Assembly: GCA_002104905.1 (NCBI GenBank)
Contig: MCFE01000453.1
Coordinates: forward strand, 1 to 64,000
Source of the DNA: Basidiobolus meristosporus CBS 931.73
Taxonomy: Eukaryota > Fungi > Basidiobolomycota
DNA length: 64,000 nucleotides
Reading direction: 5' to 3'
Part shown: piece after piece, positions 1 to 13,277 of the stretch
Layout of the letters: each line of letters opens with the position of its first letter
Position numbering within the stretch: position 1 is the first letter of the stretch
Notes under the pieces: generated by a model
The model's database searches: none
Told to the model about the DNA's origin: nothing
The model's input: only the letters and a program-made list of their open reading frames with translations
Program-made: the position numbers and the translations under genes

Positions 1-244
1 AGATTCAATAACAAGTGCCTACTAATACTTGGACATGGTCTGCGGATAGAGTACATATGCATGTATACTTGTTATTCATTTACCTTCCAGCTACATCACT
101 TGGCGCACCAGAGTTTCTTGGCGTCTAAAATTCGCAATCTAGGGTAGCTCTCGTGCAGCAACGTTAGGTCTCAGCTTGTTAATTGATGACGCCTATAAAT
201 AGAAGCTGAGAGTCCAGAATGAGTAACAACTTACTATTTCTAAC

Positions 245-910
245 ATGTCTTCACTCAACCCCAACATCAGTGCCTATCTTGACTTTGTCCTTTCCAACTC
301 TACCCCCAATGATCCCAATTCTGTTATCTCTGCCATTGATCTCTATGCCAATGCAAATCCAATGATGCACATCGGAAATCAAAAAGGCAAATTTATTGAT
401 GAATTAATCAAGGAGCGCTCTACTGATGTCATGGTAGAACTGGGTGGCTACCTTGGATACAGTGCTCTTCGATTTTCCAGCATCCTACCCCCAAATGGGC
501 ATTATTATTCCTTCGAATTAAACCCCGAGTTTGCGGCTATCGCTCAGAAGATCATTGACCACGCTGGGCTATCATCTAAGGTAACCATCATTGTAGGAGA
601 GTTCAAGGTTACCAGCCAGGCATTTTTCTCCACATACCCAATTAAGCAAGTGGACTTTGTGTTCATTGACCACTGGAAAGACGTCTATGTTCAAGATCTG
701 AAGATAATCGAGGAGCTTCACTGGCTTCGCCCAGGGTCGATTGTTGTTGCTGATAATATCATCGTTCCAGGGGCCCCTGAATACAAAGCTTACATTGAAG
801 CAGAGACGGAAAAGTACTCCTCTTCTTTAATAGAAGTGAAAATGACTCACCCGAAGTATCCAAACAAAGCAGTAGTGGATGGGTTGTTAGTTGCCAGAGT
901 TAAAGTTTAG
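245..910 (+). CDS. Catechol O-methyltransferase-family SAM-dependent methyltransferase (221 aa, intronless)
   Basis: VELGGYLGYSA SAM-binding motif, SFELNPEFA acidic motif, DFVFIDHWKDVY and LRPGSIVVADN motifs typical of COMT-type (Methyltransf_3) enzymes. Confidence 0.85.
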   Translation: MSSLNPNISAYLDFVLSNSTPNDPNSVISAIDLYANANPMMHIGNQKGKFIDELIKERSTDVMVELGGYLGYSALRFSSILPPNGHYYSFELNPEFAAIAQKIIDHAGLSSKVTIIVGEFKVTSQAFFSTYPIKQVDFVFIDHWKDVYVQDLKIIEELHWLRPGSIVVADNIIVPGAPEYKAYIEAETEKYSSSLIEVKMTHPKYPNKAVVDGLLVARVKV

Positions 911-1284
911 CTTGATGAGTGAAAAGTCGTGTTATAATAATAAAGCCAATATATTCGCAATTATTACGTGAGCCTTTATCTAGTTTTATAATAGTAAATA
1001 ACCGATTCGTGCTTACGCCATCTTTTCTCTAGTTTGAAACTATGCACTCAGCCTTGAGAAATATATTTACATCAAATATAAATGTCCAGTGATCGTTCCA
1101 ATTGCTTCCATTCAAGAATATTGTATTTTTAACACATTCACAATCCCTTGTAGTCGCAAAATGCACTTGGTAGTCCTAATTGATTTCTGGTATTCAACCT
1201 CGATTCTAGAAAACTACCTCTAAGAACTCGAAGACACAGGTAGATTCCACTCACCTTACATCGCCGCTTCAAAGTATATGATAA

Positions 1285-1570
1285 TTTCTGCAAGAGTTTT
1301 GGAGACTTGAAAGACTAGTAGATTATGTAGCTTTGGCTTGATGTTTTTATTGTGTAGCAGATTAGTCTAACTCCTAATATCCATACTGTTTTGGGAGCTT
1401 TGGGGATACTGATAGTGGCTAGTAGTATTAGTAAAATATGTGACTTTTGCACAATAACCTATTGAATGAAAAAGGAATATTTATATTTTTAAAACAGGTG
1501 GATTATGTTTAGGAAGGTTTCAAGGACGCGTGTGCAAAGTTTGGGCAAGGTTTCGGGTTTTTTAGACAAC
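1285..1570 (-). repeat. Degenerate partial copy of the ~349-bp Copia LTR family
   Basis: The reverse complement of ~1500-1545 (cccaaactttgcacacgcgtccttgaaaccttcctaaac) matches 50995-51035. The reverse complement of ~1290-1350 matches the LTR 3' end (acaataaa...ctacataatctac...aaactcttg). Confidence 0.5.
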
Positions 1571-4500
1571 CTATAGTGTTTTCGCCAAAAAGCTAAGTAC
1601 CTTGAACATGAAATTCTCGAAGTAAACCCCGACAAAGTATTTGAGTAGGAAATAACAAATCTCACAAACTAAGATTTAAACATCTTAGTTAATGCAAACC
1701 TTTAGGTATAAATAGTAAACTTGAAACAATAATACCCCTGGCTGAAGTAGACATCACATATGCGCTAGGCCAGTACCATAAGTCTACCATGTAGGACTAG
1801 TAGTAGTGGTGGGTACTCATTGATGACTCACTATTGTGTGTACAATTATAATATCAGCAATGTAGATCTGTTGAAAATTGTTAAGATATTTCAGTGCATG
1901 TATATATTTGAACATTCAGAGCCTGCCCATCACCCAATAGCTCCATGTTTCCAAAGAGCTATCCACCATTGCTTTGCTAATCTAACCTATATTGTGGTAT
2001 ATCGGTTTAAATCAAGGACATATATCTAAATATATTTAATAATAACTGTAATATGGTTTAAAATTAATTTGCTACTACAAAGATGAAATATATATTACTC
2101 AGCTTAGAAACGCATTATGTTATCGCATATAATAAGTGAACGGACATTGATGATGGAATTCTGTATCAATTCAATAATGTGGCAATCTTTTGAAGATCTC
2201 AAAAACATCACACCAAGTGAATATCCAAGTCATCAACTGGCTCTTAAATTTAAAATTGGTGCGAGCCCAATTGCCTGGTATAGAAGACAAGCCAGTAAAA
2301 TCACAATTAGTTCAGATTTAGGAGATGCCAGATTATTGGAATAGCTAATAAACTCTATCTAATATCTGCCAAATAATACGCACTAAAACCCGCTATTTAA
2401 AATGTACAGATTGGATATCAACATGACTTGTTGCAAGTGTTGCATGACGGTGACCATTCAACCGCTGCATATCTTGATCAAGCTATATTGCTGATGTCTA
2501 TAGCTTTTTATCACCTTCTATTTCGCCTACTAGTCGCGATACTCCTGTTATCAAGTCGATACTGCACAGCTCTATAGGATTCTATTGAAGAATAAAAAGT
2601 AAGCTATTTTCTGCTGGCCAATATGTAATCACTCATTGATGGGCTGTACATATCAAAGTAGATTTTCCAGACACAAATCAACATATGTTGTCAAGCCAAC
2701 ATTTAAATTAATGTCCTTGAATAAAATTACATCATACCCCACTTCCTTTGCCACTTAACACAGATGAACCAACTAGTACCGTAAACGAATACCAATCTTG
2801 ACTGTCAAATATTACATTCTGCACTTATCCATAAGGTTTCTATAGTAACATCCGATCAATCCCAGCTGGATAACTGTTGTGTTTGCCTTAGACGGCATGC
2901 ACTAGCCGCTACTTTGGCGTCAAGATTGTCAAACCACGTGATGGGTTATCTGCAAAGTCCAAGATGATTGGTCGATGTTCCCCATCAGTGGCATCAATTA
3001 CTTAAAATGGTTTGGGTACTGATCTATTCAAATGGCTACTCGGTGACAAAACCAACAGATTAAGCAAACGGTGCTTACTGTAATGGCTTAGACAATTTAG
3101 CTAAGTCGATGGATTTCGTTCTAAGCACTGTACTCTTCGGGATCTGTACTACACTCTGCTACCAATTATTGGCTGAGAATTTGAGATAATGAAGGAATGA
3201 ATTACTCTCAAGCTTTTAGTGTGCCTGTATATGGCTAACACAAGGGTTACGGTATTGCAAATTCAGAATTTGATTGCCTAAACATGGCCAATGTGGCAAT
3301 TGCTGAAGATCAATATTTAAAATAGGTTTCAGCAATCTATTGGCTCACTTACTGTTTATGGCAATCCCAATTAACCTGTACAATTCAATATTTTGGGGAA
3401 TTGCTTCACCCTTTCTGATTCAAGTTGCATATTTGCCACTCAGCGACATCCTTAAGTTTTCAATGGACGTTGGGTAACAATTCCTCAATATTCCTCGTAT
3501 CCACTAGTTCTATGCCAGCTGTTGAAATTCTAGTCTGACTTCTTCGATATCAATGTACACTTACATCCGCCAGTCTGCAGCGAGTTGAAGTTCTCCAAAA
3601 TGCGGCATGCATCCACGCAGATATTTGACCAAAGTCACATAAGATAAAATTGGAATTCTAGCGAATAATTCGGTTAATATTTTTACATATGGCTTATACT
3701 GGAGCAGGCCTTGCAGTATCTTGCCTCCTTCACCGCCTTACTGCCTTCAGACACTCAGCTTGCAGAATACATTGTGATGTATTAGGTATACTTTGGGATT
3801 TGTAATGTTTGCTAGAGGGCCCCTTTATTTCGAATATGGACGCGTCAGCACACGTCCAGGGTTGCTAGTATTGATACATGAATTATTGGTATCCAAATAA
3901 GCCACCCTTGAAGTGGGTTTAGCACTACATCTGAATAAGCGATGAAGTTGCTCAGGCGATATCGGAGTGCTGCCTTTCTCAGCATTATCATGGTGGCGAC
4001 ATAGGGTACGGGTCACGCTGACCCATTCTATAGAAGGTAAATTTATGCCGACTCTACCGTGTGTTCATATGGGTCAGTCATGCTATTTTGGCTGCTCCTG
4101 TGCATTTGTGAGTGCATCTAAAGGGAACCATTAGTAGATGTCTCATAAGATTGTTTACCCTGATATCTCTTATTTGGACTGACTCAACTTGTTTCGCCCC
4201 CGCATCACTTACTTCAGTGACTGTTCATATGGAGAGTTTCTGTTAACCCAAGTGGCCAATCGTATTCTAACGTATGCGGCTTGAAACGGTAAATAACGCG
4301 CATCTATCTACCCGAGTGCCAAAGGGCTTCTTCATTTGGTCTCCAGAGTGTGCCATGGGTGGCGCGTTGTATGTGGGATGGGATGGGCTAGGCTTTAACA
4401 GGAAGTATTCGAAAGTCTTGGAAGATCTGGTTGCTATGGGTGATGTCAGTGGGTCAAGGGAATATTGTAATTAATTTAGTTTGCACATGGGTGCCTGACT

Positions 4501-5231
4501 GCTTCGGAGGTTATATGGAATACACTGAATTTTCACCTCAGGTTACAGTCGCCACTGAGGTTCTTGCCTAGGGTTACAGTCATGCTAGAGATTGTTGGTG
4601 TTCAAATGAATACATTCTAGGCCTAACCTCAAGAATTGTCAAATTCAATATTATAGTGATCATTTCCAACGTTATTGTGTAGCTTGAGTATCCAATTACT
4701 TCCAATTACCTCAACTGGATCACCTTATTTGGATCTCCTGGGAGTACTATTTGTAAATTAATTATACATTGATTCCACACAGTCAGGTTGGTGAAACTGC
4801 TACTCTTGCATATCTACAATGTGAGCGAACCGAATATATAAGCATCTCTCGTAGTACTGAAACTTGCGTCTTTCTCTTTTCATAAAAAGATTAGTTCTCT
4901 TAATCGAATCTACTTTTCAAGAGTTGTCAGTACGTAGTTTCTTGAATACAGTATAACTAGAAAACGCTTTTTCGCTCAGAATGCTGATTGACCAAAGCAG
5001 GTCAACATAACGAATTCTCTTATATATATTTATACATATACGTATATACGTACATATTCCTTGGTCCTTTCCCCCAAGACTCAATACAGGCAGCACCCGC
5101 TATAAGCAGATTTCCCAATAACCTGCTCTCTATTCACAAGCTTCACTGGAGCAGAGAATTTTCGATTTTTCAAGCCATCTCCCAAACCACAACCAAGTAG
5201 CCTCCTCTAAGCCTCAAACCAAAGCAACGAA

Positions 5232-8200
5232 ATGATGGAAGAAATACCACAGCACTCCGCAGTCGACTTTGAACTGTCTTCATCAGATAACTTCCTCCGC
5301 CATATTCTGGCGTTAATAGACCTGGTCGAAGAAGATAAAGTGGATGATATAAATAAATTGGATTACCAATCGAGCAATAGCAAGTTAGAAACGCAAGTCG
5401 AGATCTCCTTCAGAAAGCTCCTTTCAAAGCATTCACGGTTACAAGAGGATCTTCGCCATTGTAGAGCTGCGCTAAAAAATAATCTAATTGCAACCGATCA
5501 CCTAAATGCCCATGGTTTCCTTGCTGTGTCTGGAGACAGTGTAATACTAAGTGAAGCCACATTTGAAAATGCCTCGCAAGTGGCTTTTGTGCCTTCCTCT
5601 GTCGGTGTGCCGAATCTGGCTTCCAATCCTGAGAGTGACAACAGCCCTTCTTTATCCGAGTTCTCCGAAGAAGGTTGCCTAAACTGTTTGACCCAATGTA
5701 CAGATATGGCAAAGGCGATCAAAGATGGAGATTTGGCAAGACGTATCACATGCTCGCACGACAGCGGTGTTACTTTAGCCTTGAAGCATGCCATGAATGA
5801 TATGGCGGATAGACTAGAGTCGCTTGCGTCTAAGGTTTTTCACTTCGGTCATGAGATGGCTGAACTAGGAAAATTCTGCAATCAAGGGGAGGTCGAACAT
5901 TGGGATGGGATATGGAAGGAAGTCGTTATGAATCTTAACAAAGTGGCCAGTGGACATAGTGAGCAAGTCCGTGACATCGCTGAGGTCTGCACTGCTGTTG
6001 CCCGTGGAGATTTGACGAAAAAAATTACCGTAGATATCAAAGGGGAAACATTTGTACTAAAGAATACCATTAATACGATGGTTGATCAACTCAACTCCTT
6101 TGCTTCTGAAGTTACCAGAGTTGCCCATGCAGTTGGAACGGAGGGAAAACTTGGCGTACAAGCAGAGGTTCCCGATGTCGATGGAACCTGGAAGCTACTG
6201 ACCGATAATGTCAACTTGATGGCATCAAACCTTACCGGCCAAGTAAGAGACATCATACATGTCAGCAAAGCTGTTGCGCGCGGCGACCTGTCTAAGAAAG
6301 TAACAGTGGATGTCAAGGGAGAAATACAAGAACTCAAAGTCACCATCAATACGATGGTGGACCAGTTGCAAACCTTCGCAACTGAGGTGACCAGGGTATC
6401 TCTGGAAGTTGGAACTGAGGGAAAGCTTGGCGGTCAAGCTGTAGTCAAAGATGTTGGAGGCACTTGGAAAGATCTTACTGATAACGTAAATCTAATGGCG
6501 TCCAATCTTACAAATCAAGTTCGTGATATTGCGAATGTCAGCAAAGCAGTTGCTCGTGGGGACCTTTCTAAAAAGGTAACGGTCGATGTCAAAGGAGAGA
6601 TCCAAGAATTGAAGATTACCATTAATACAATGGTAGATAACCTTCAAACCTTCGCATCAGAAGTGACCCGTGTAGCTCGAGAAGTCGGCACAGAAGGCAA
6701 GCTTGGTGGACAAGCGATAGTCAAGGATGTTGGTGGAACCTGGAAGGACTTGACAGACAACGTGAATCTGATGGCTTCCAACCTGACAGGACAGGTGCGA
6801 GACATTGCCAATGTCAGTAAAGCAGTTGCGCGTGGTGACCTTTCGAAGAAGGTTACTGTGAACGTCAAAGGAGAGATCTTGGAGCTGAAGAATACCATCA
6901 ACACTATGGTTGATCAGCTCCAGACCTTTGCATCAGAAGTCACAAGGGTTGCCAAAGAGGTCGGCACAGAAGGCAAGCTTGGTGGACAAGCAATAGTCAA
7001 GGATGTTGGTGGAACCTGGAAGGACTTGACAGACAACGTGAATCTGATGGCTTCCAACCTGACAGGACAGGTGCGAGACATTGCCAATGTCAGTAAAGCA
7101 GTTGCTCGTGGTGACCTTTCGAAGAAGGTTACTGTGAACGTCAAAGGAGAGATCTTGGAGCTGAAGAACACCATCAACACAATGGTTGATCAGCTCCAGA
7201 CCTTCGCATCAGAAGTGACCCGTGTAGCTCGAGAAGTCGGCACAGAAGGCAAACTTGGCGGACAAGCAATAGTCAAGGATGTCGGTGGAACCTGGAAAGA
7301 CTTGACCGATAATGTCAATTTCATGGCGTCCAATCTAACAGGCCAAGTGCGAGACATTGCCAATGTCAGTAAAGCAGTTGCTCGTGGAGATCTCTCCAAG
7401 AAAGTAACAGTTAATGTAAAGGGTGAGATTCACGAGTTGAAGGCTACCATCAATACTATGGTTGACAATCTACAGACTTTTGCGTCAGAAGTAACGCGGG
7501 TGGCTCGCGAAGTCGGCATAGAAGGAAAGCTCGGAGGCCAAGCTGTCGTTGAGGATGTTGGCGGTACATGGAAAGATCTTACCAATAATGTCAATATGAT
7601 GGCTTCCAACCTTACCAACCAGGTTCGTGATATTGCTAATGTAAGCAAAGCTGTCGCTAGAGGAGACCTATCCAAGAAGGTCACAGTGGATGTGAAAGGC
7701 GAGATTAACGAACTAAAAGAAACGATCAATACAATGGTCGACGATCTTCAAACATTCGCTGCTGAGGTTACCCGAGTCGCCCGTGAAGTTGGTAAAGAGG
7801 GAAAGCTTGGAGGTCAAGCCGTAGTTGAGGATGTCGGTGGTACCTGGAAGGATCTAACTGACAATGTCAACATGATGGCTTCAAACATTACCAACCAAGT
7901 TCGTGACATCGCCAATGTTAGCAAGGCAGTCGCGCGGGGCGATCTATCGAAGAAAGTTACGGTTGATGTTAAAGGGGAGATCCAAGAGCTGAAAGTCACC
8001 ATTAACACTATGGTAGACGATCTTCAGACCTTCGCATCAGAAGTAACCCGTGTAGCTCGAGAAGTCGGAACAGAAGGAAAACTTGGCGGCCAAGCAGTTG
8101 TTAAGGACGTTGGTGGAACATGGAAGGATTTAACCGAAAATGTTAATTTAATGGCATCAAATCTAACCGCACAAGTAAGAGATATTGCCAACGTAAGTAA

Positions 8201-11200
8201 GGCAGTAGCAAGGGGGGATCTTTCTAAAAAGGTTACAGTGGATGTTAAAGGAGAAATTCAAGAACTCAAAGTTACCATCAATACTATGGTTGGTGATCTC
8301 CAAACATTTGCTTCAGAAGTCACAAGAGTTGCGCGAGAGGTTGGTACAGAAGGCAAGCTTGGCGGACAAGCTGTTGTCAAGGATGTAGGAGGCACTTGGA
8401 AAGACTTGACAGATAATGTCAACCGCATGGCATCCAATCTTACCGGGCAAGTACGAGATATTGCCAATGTCAGTAAAGCAGTTGCGCGTGGAGATCTCTC
8501 GAAGAAAGTTACTGTTGACGTTCAGGGCGAAATCTTGGAACTCAAGAATACAATCAACACTATGGTTGATCAGCTCCAGACCTTTGCATCAGAAGTCACA
8601 AGAGTCGCCAAAGAAGTCGGCACAGAAGGCAAGCTTGGTGGACAAGCGATAGTCAAGGATGTCGGTGGAACCTGGAAAGGCTTGACAGACAACGTGAATC
8701 TGATGGCTTCCAACCTGACAGGACAGGTGCGAGACATTGCCAATGTCAGTAAAGCAGTTGTTCGTGGTGACCTTTCGAAGAAGGTTACTGTGAACGTCAA
8801 AGGAGAGATCTTGGAGCTGAAGAACACCATCAACACAATGGTTGATCAGCTCCAGACCTTCGCCTCAGAAGTGACCCGTGTAGCTCGAGAAGTCGGCACA
8901 GAAGGCAAGCTTGGTGGACAAGCGATAGTCAAGGATGTTGGTGGAACCTGGAAGGACTTGACAGACAACGTGAATCTGATGGCTTCCAACCTGACAGGAC
9001 AGGTGCGAGACATTGCCAATGTCAGTAAAGCAGTTGCGCGTGGTGACCTTTCGAAGAAGGTTACTGTGAACGTCAAAGGAGAGATCTTGGAGCTGAAGAA
9101 TACCATCAACACTATGGTTGATCAGCTCCAGACCTTTGCATCAGAAGTCACAAGGGTTGCCAAAGAAGTCGGCACAGAAGGCAAGCTTGGTGGACAAGCA
9201 ATAGTCAAGGATGTCGGTGGAACCTGGAAAGACTTGACAGACAACGTGAATCTGATGGCTTCCAACCTGACAGGACAGGTGCGAGACATTGCCAATGTCA
9301 GTAAAGCAGTTGCTCGTGGTGACCTTTCGAAGAAGGTTACTGTGAACGTCAAAGGAGAGATCTTGGAGCTGAAGAACACCATCAACACAATGGTTGATCA
9401 GCTCCAGACCTTCGCCTCAGAAGTGACCCGTGTAGCTCGAGAAGTCGGCACAGAAGGCAAACTTGGCGGACAAGCAATAGTCAAGGATGTCGGTGGAACC
9501 TGGAAGGACTTGACAGACAACGTGAATCTGATGGCTTCCAACCTGACAGGACAGGTGCGAGACATTGCCAATGTCAGTAAAGCAGTTGCGCGTGGTGACC
9601 TTTCGAAGAAGGTTACTGTGAACGTCAAAGGAGAGATCTTGGAGCTGAAGAATACCATCAACACAATGGTTGATCAGCTCCAAACCTTCGCCTCAGAAGT
9701 GACCCGTGTTGCTCGGGAAGTAGGTACTCAAGGCAAGCTTGGTGGACAAGCAATAGTCAAAGACGTTGGTGGAACCTGGAAAGATTTGACGGAGAATGTG
9801 AACCTTATGGCTTTTAATCTTACTGGTCAGGTACGGGATATTGCCATTGTTAGTAAGGCCATCGCCTGCGGCGACCTTTCCAAAAAGGTTACGGTCGATG
9901 TCAAAGGAGAAATCCTTGATCTCAAAGTTACCATCAATACTATGGTCGACCAGTTGCGTACTTTTGCTGCTGAAGTAACCAGAGTTGCTCGCGAAGTTGG
10001 CACAGAAGGAAAACTAGGTGGACAGGCTATTGTGAAAGATGTTGATGGCACCTGGAAAGACCTTACTGACAATGTGAATCTGATGGCATCGAATCTTACC
10101 GCTCAAGTTCGTGATATTGCCATTGTTAGCAAAGCAATTGCGCGCGGTGATCTTTCCAAAAAAGTTACTGTTGATGTCAAAGGTGAAATCCTCGACTTGA
10201 AGAATACCATCAACACCATGGTTGATCAACTTCAGACCTTTGCTACAGAAGTTACTCGAGTGTCACTGGAAGTTGGCACCGAAGGCAAACTCGGAGGGCA
10301 GGCTATTGTGAAGGACGTAGCAGGCACTTGGAAAGATTTAACAGATAATGTCAATATAATGGCCGCCAACCTTACTGGGCAAGTTCGATCAATTGCCGAG
10401 GTAACAACTGCAGTTGCATGTGGTGACCTATCGAAGAAAATTACCGTCGATGTCAAGGGTGAGATATACGAACTCAAGACGACTGTTAATTCCATGGTTG
10501 ATCAGCTACGAACCTTTGCTGCGGAGGTCACACGCGTTGCTCGTGAGGTTGGCACGGAAGGTAAACTCGGAGGCCAGGCAATTGTGAAAGACGTTGGTGG
10601 CACATGGAAGGAGCTAACCGACAACGTCAACACAATGGCAGATAATCTTACAAATCAAGTTCGAGACATCGCTAACGTCAGCAAAGCCGTTGCTAGAGGA
10701 GATCTTTCGCGCAAGATCAAAGTTGACGTTAAAGGAGAGATGTTGGATCTGAAGAAGACCATCAACACTATGGTTGATCAACTCCAAACATTTGCTACTG
10801 AGGTTACCCGAGTCTCATTGGAAGTAGGCACAGAGGGCAAGCTTGGTGGGCAAGCAGTTGTAAAGGATGTCGGAGGTACCTGGAAAGATCTTACTGACAA
10901 CGTGAACATAATGGCAGCCAACTTGACAGGGCAAGTAAGATCGATTGCCGCCGTTACTACCGCAGTTGCCCGTGGAGATTTATCCAAAAAAGTAACGGTA
11001 GATGTAAAGGGTGAAATTCTTGAGCTGAAAGATACAGTGAATTCCATGGTAGACCAGCTCCGAATCTTCGCAGCAGAAGTCATCCGTGTGGCTCGTGATG
11101 TAGGCACTGAAGGAATTCTTGGCGGGCAAGCGGTTGTCAAAGATGTTGGAGGCACCTGGAAAGATCTCACGGACAATGTCAATCTCATGGCCTTTAACCT

Positions 11201-13277
11201 TACGAGTCAAGTGCGTGACATCGCACACGTGTGCAAGGCTGTTGCCTGTGGTGATCTATCCAAGAAGATTACGGTCGATGTCAATGGCGAAGTTCTTGAT
11301 TTGAAGAATACAATCAACACCATGGTTGATCAACTCAGCACTTTTGCTGCCGAGGTTACCCGAGTTGCCAAAGAAGTTGGTACAGAAGGAAAACTTGGCG
11401 TGCAAGCTCAGGTAAAGGATGTTGAAGGAATCTGGCAGGAGATTACGAGCAACGTCAACACCATGGCTGCCAATTTGACTACTCAAGTGCGTGCATTTGC
11501 CCAAATTTCTGCTGCCGCTACAGATGGAGATTTTACCCGGTATATTACTGTTGAGGCTTCAGGTGAGATGGATTCACTCAAAACCAAAATCAACCAAATG
11601 ATATATAATCTACGCGAAAACATCCAACGCAATGTTGCTGCCAGAGAAACGGCAGAGCTGGCCAATAGAGCCAAAAGTGAGTTCTTGGCCAATATGTCGC
11701 ACGAAATCCGGACACCAATGAACGGAATCATCGGCATGACTTCGCTGACACTGGAGACGGATCTGACAAGGCAACAGCGGGAGAATCTAATGATTGTTAG
11801 TCAATTGACCAATTCGCTGCTGACCATCATTGACGACATTCTGGATATCTCCAAGATCGAGGCCGGTAAAATTATAATAGAGGAGATCCCGTTCTCTTTG
11901 AGGACAGCCGTCTTTGGTGTGCTGAAAACTCTGGCAGTTAAAGCGACCCAACGAAAATTGGACTTGGTTTACGACGTGGACAACGACATACCTGATCAAC
12001 TAATTGGCGACCCGCTTCGATTACGTCAAGTAATCACCAATCTGATCGGAAACGCTATCAAGTTCACCACAGAGGGCCAGGTAGCAATGCGGGCTTCGGT
12101 GAAAGAAATCACGGAGACGAAGGTCATATTAACGTTTTGCGTGAGCGATACGGGGATCGGCATCCAAAACGACAAGTTTAATTTGATCTTTGACACTTTC
12201 TCGCAAGCTGACGGGTCTACCACACGTAAGTACGGAGGCACTGGTCTTGGCCTATCCATCTCGAAGAAATTGGTGCATCTCATGGGCGGAGATTTATGGG
12301 TCAACAGTGTCTATGGTGAAGGGAGCGATTTCTACTTCACTGCCGAATTTAGGTTAGGCACTATGCCCCAAGAGCAGATCGAATCACGTCTGGCTACCTT
12401 CCACAACCGCAACATCTTGGTGCTAAGCACTCACGGCCATCCGGCGGGACAGAAGCTGCTGGACCTGCTGAAGCAACTTGGAATTCGCCCTGTACTCGCT
12501 CGATCAGTTGAAGAGGCAGTCATGCTATGTGGTAAAATGAAGCCCGGCGACAAGCCCGTGTTTGATACAATGATTGCCGACGAAATCATCGAGGTGGAAA
12601 AGGTTCGACAGCATTCATGCCTTCGCTACGTTCCCATTGTACTACTTGCAATCACGATGCCGATGAAGCTCAAGATGAAGAACTGCATTGATATGCTGAT
12701 CACCTCTTACATGAACGTGCCGGTTTCTCTCCCTGACTTGACGAGTGCTCTGATGCCAGCCTTGGAATCCCACATCGCGATGACCACCGAAATCTGTGGG
12801 AAAAAACTCAAGATTCTTCTGGCTGAAGACAATATCGTTAATCAGAAGCTAGCATTAAGAATCCTTGAGAAGCACGGGCATGAGGTGGTGATAGTTCCAA
12901 ACGGACTGCTTGCTGTCGAAGCAATCAAGCATAACAAGTTTGACCTTATCCTCATGGATGTGCAAATGCCCATCATGGGTGGATTTGAAGCTACCGCGAA
13001 AATTCGTGAACTCGAAGCCTCCACTGGCTCCCACATCCCCATTATTGCATTGACTGCGCACGCAATGATTGGAGATCGCGAGAAATGCATTGCATCTGGC
13101 ATGGATGAATATGTTACAAAACCCCTTCGTTTCAATGAGTTGATCAACACAATCAACAAATTTCAGAATGTAAGTATCGAATGGTTTTAATAGGATAAAC
13201 GTCGATTTGTGACTTACCGAGCCTTACTTTGCTAGCAAACCGAGCGCCCCATTCCACTCTTCCCTGGTTATTATTAG
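5232..13277 (+). CDS. NIK1: Group III (NIK1/OS-1-like) hybrid histidine kinase with poly-HAMP array
   Basis: Order: HAMP array, H-box [17 protein letters not shown]-box [11 protein letters not shown]1 DTGIGI, G2 [10 protein letters not shown], a degenerate receiver, then a receiver (LLAEDN...[10 protein letters not shown]...KP). One probable terminal intron 13170-13235 (gtaagt...gctag) gives last exon [13 protein letters not shown]. Without splicing the ORF ends at 13190. Confidence 0.93.
5964..11483 (+). repeat. Coding tandem repeat: 20 x 276-nt (92-aa) HAMP units
   Basis: The QVR(D/S/A) motif recurs every 276 nt from 5964 to 11484 (21 occurrences). Several units are near-identical at nucleotide level. 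Confidence 0.92.

Noticed and set aside
2120-4060. Long stop-interrupted reading frames on the minus strand that look like a decayed gene (for example ...ILQGLLQYKPYVKILTELFARIP...)
   Set aside because: No recognisable family motif and many stops. It cannot be distinguished from chance without a translated homology search.
5964-11483. Regularly spaced repeats superficially suggesting a CRISPR-like array
   Set aside because: The units are in-frame coding repeats with no unique spacers and no cas genes.
5882-11504. Series of 60-136 aa antisense ORFs recurring every 276 nt
   Set aside because: They are shadows of the HAMP repeat codon structure on the opposite strand.
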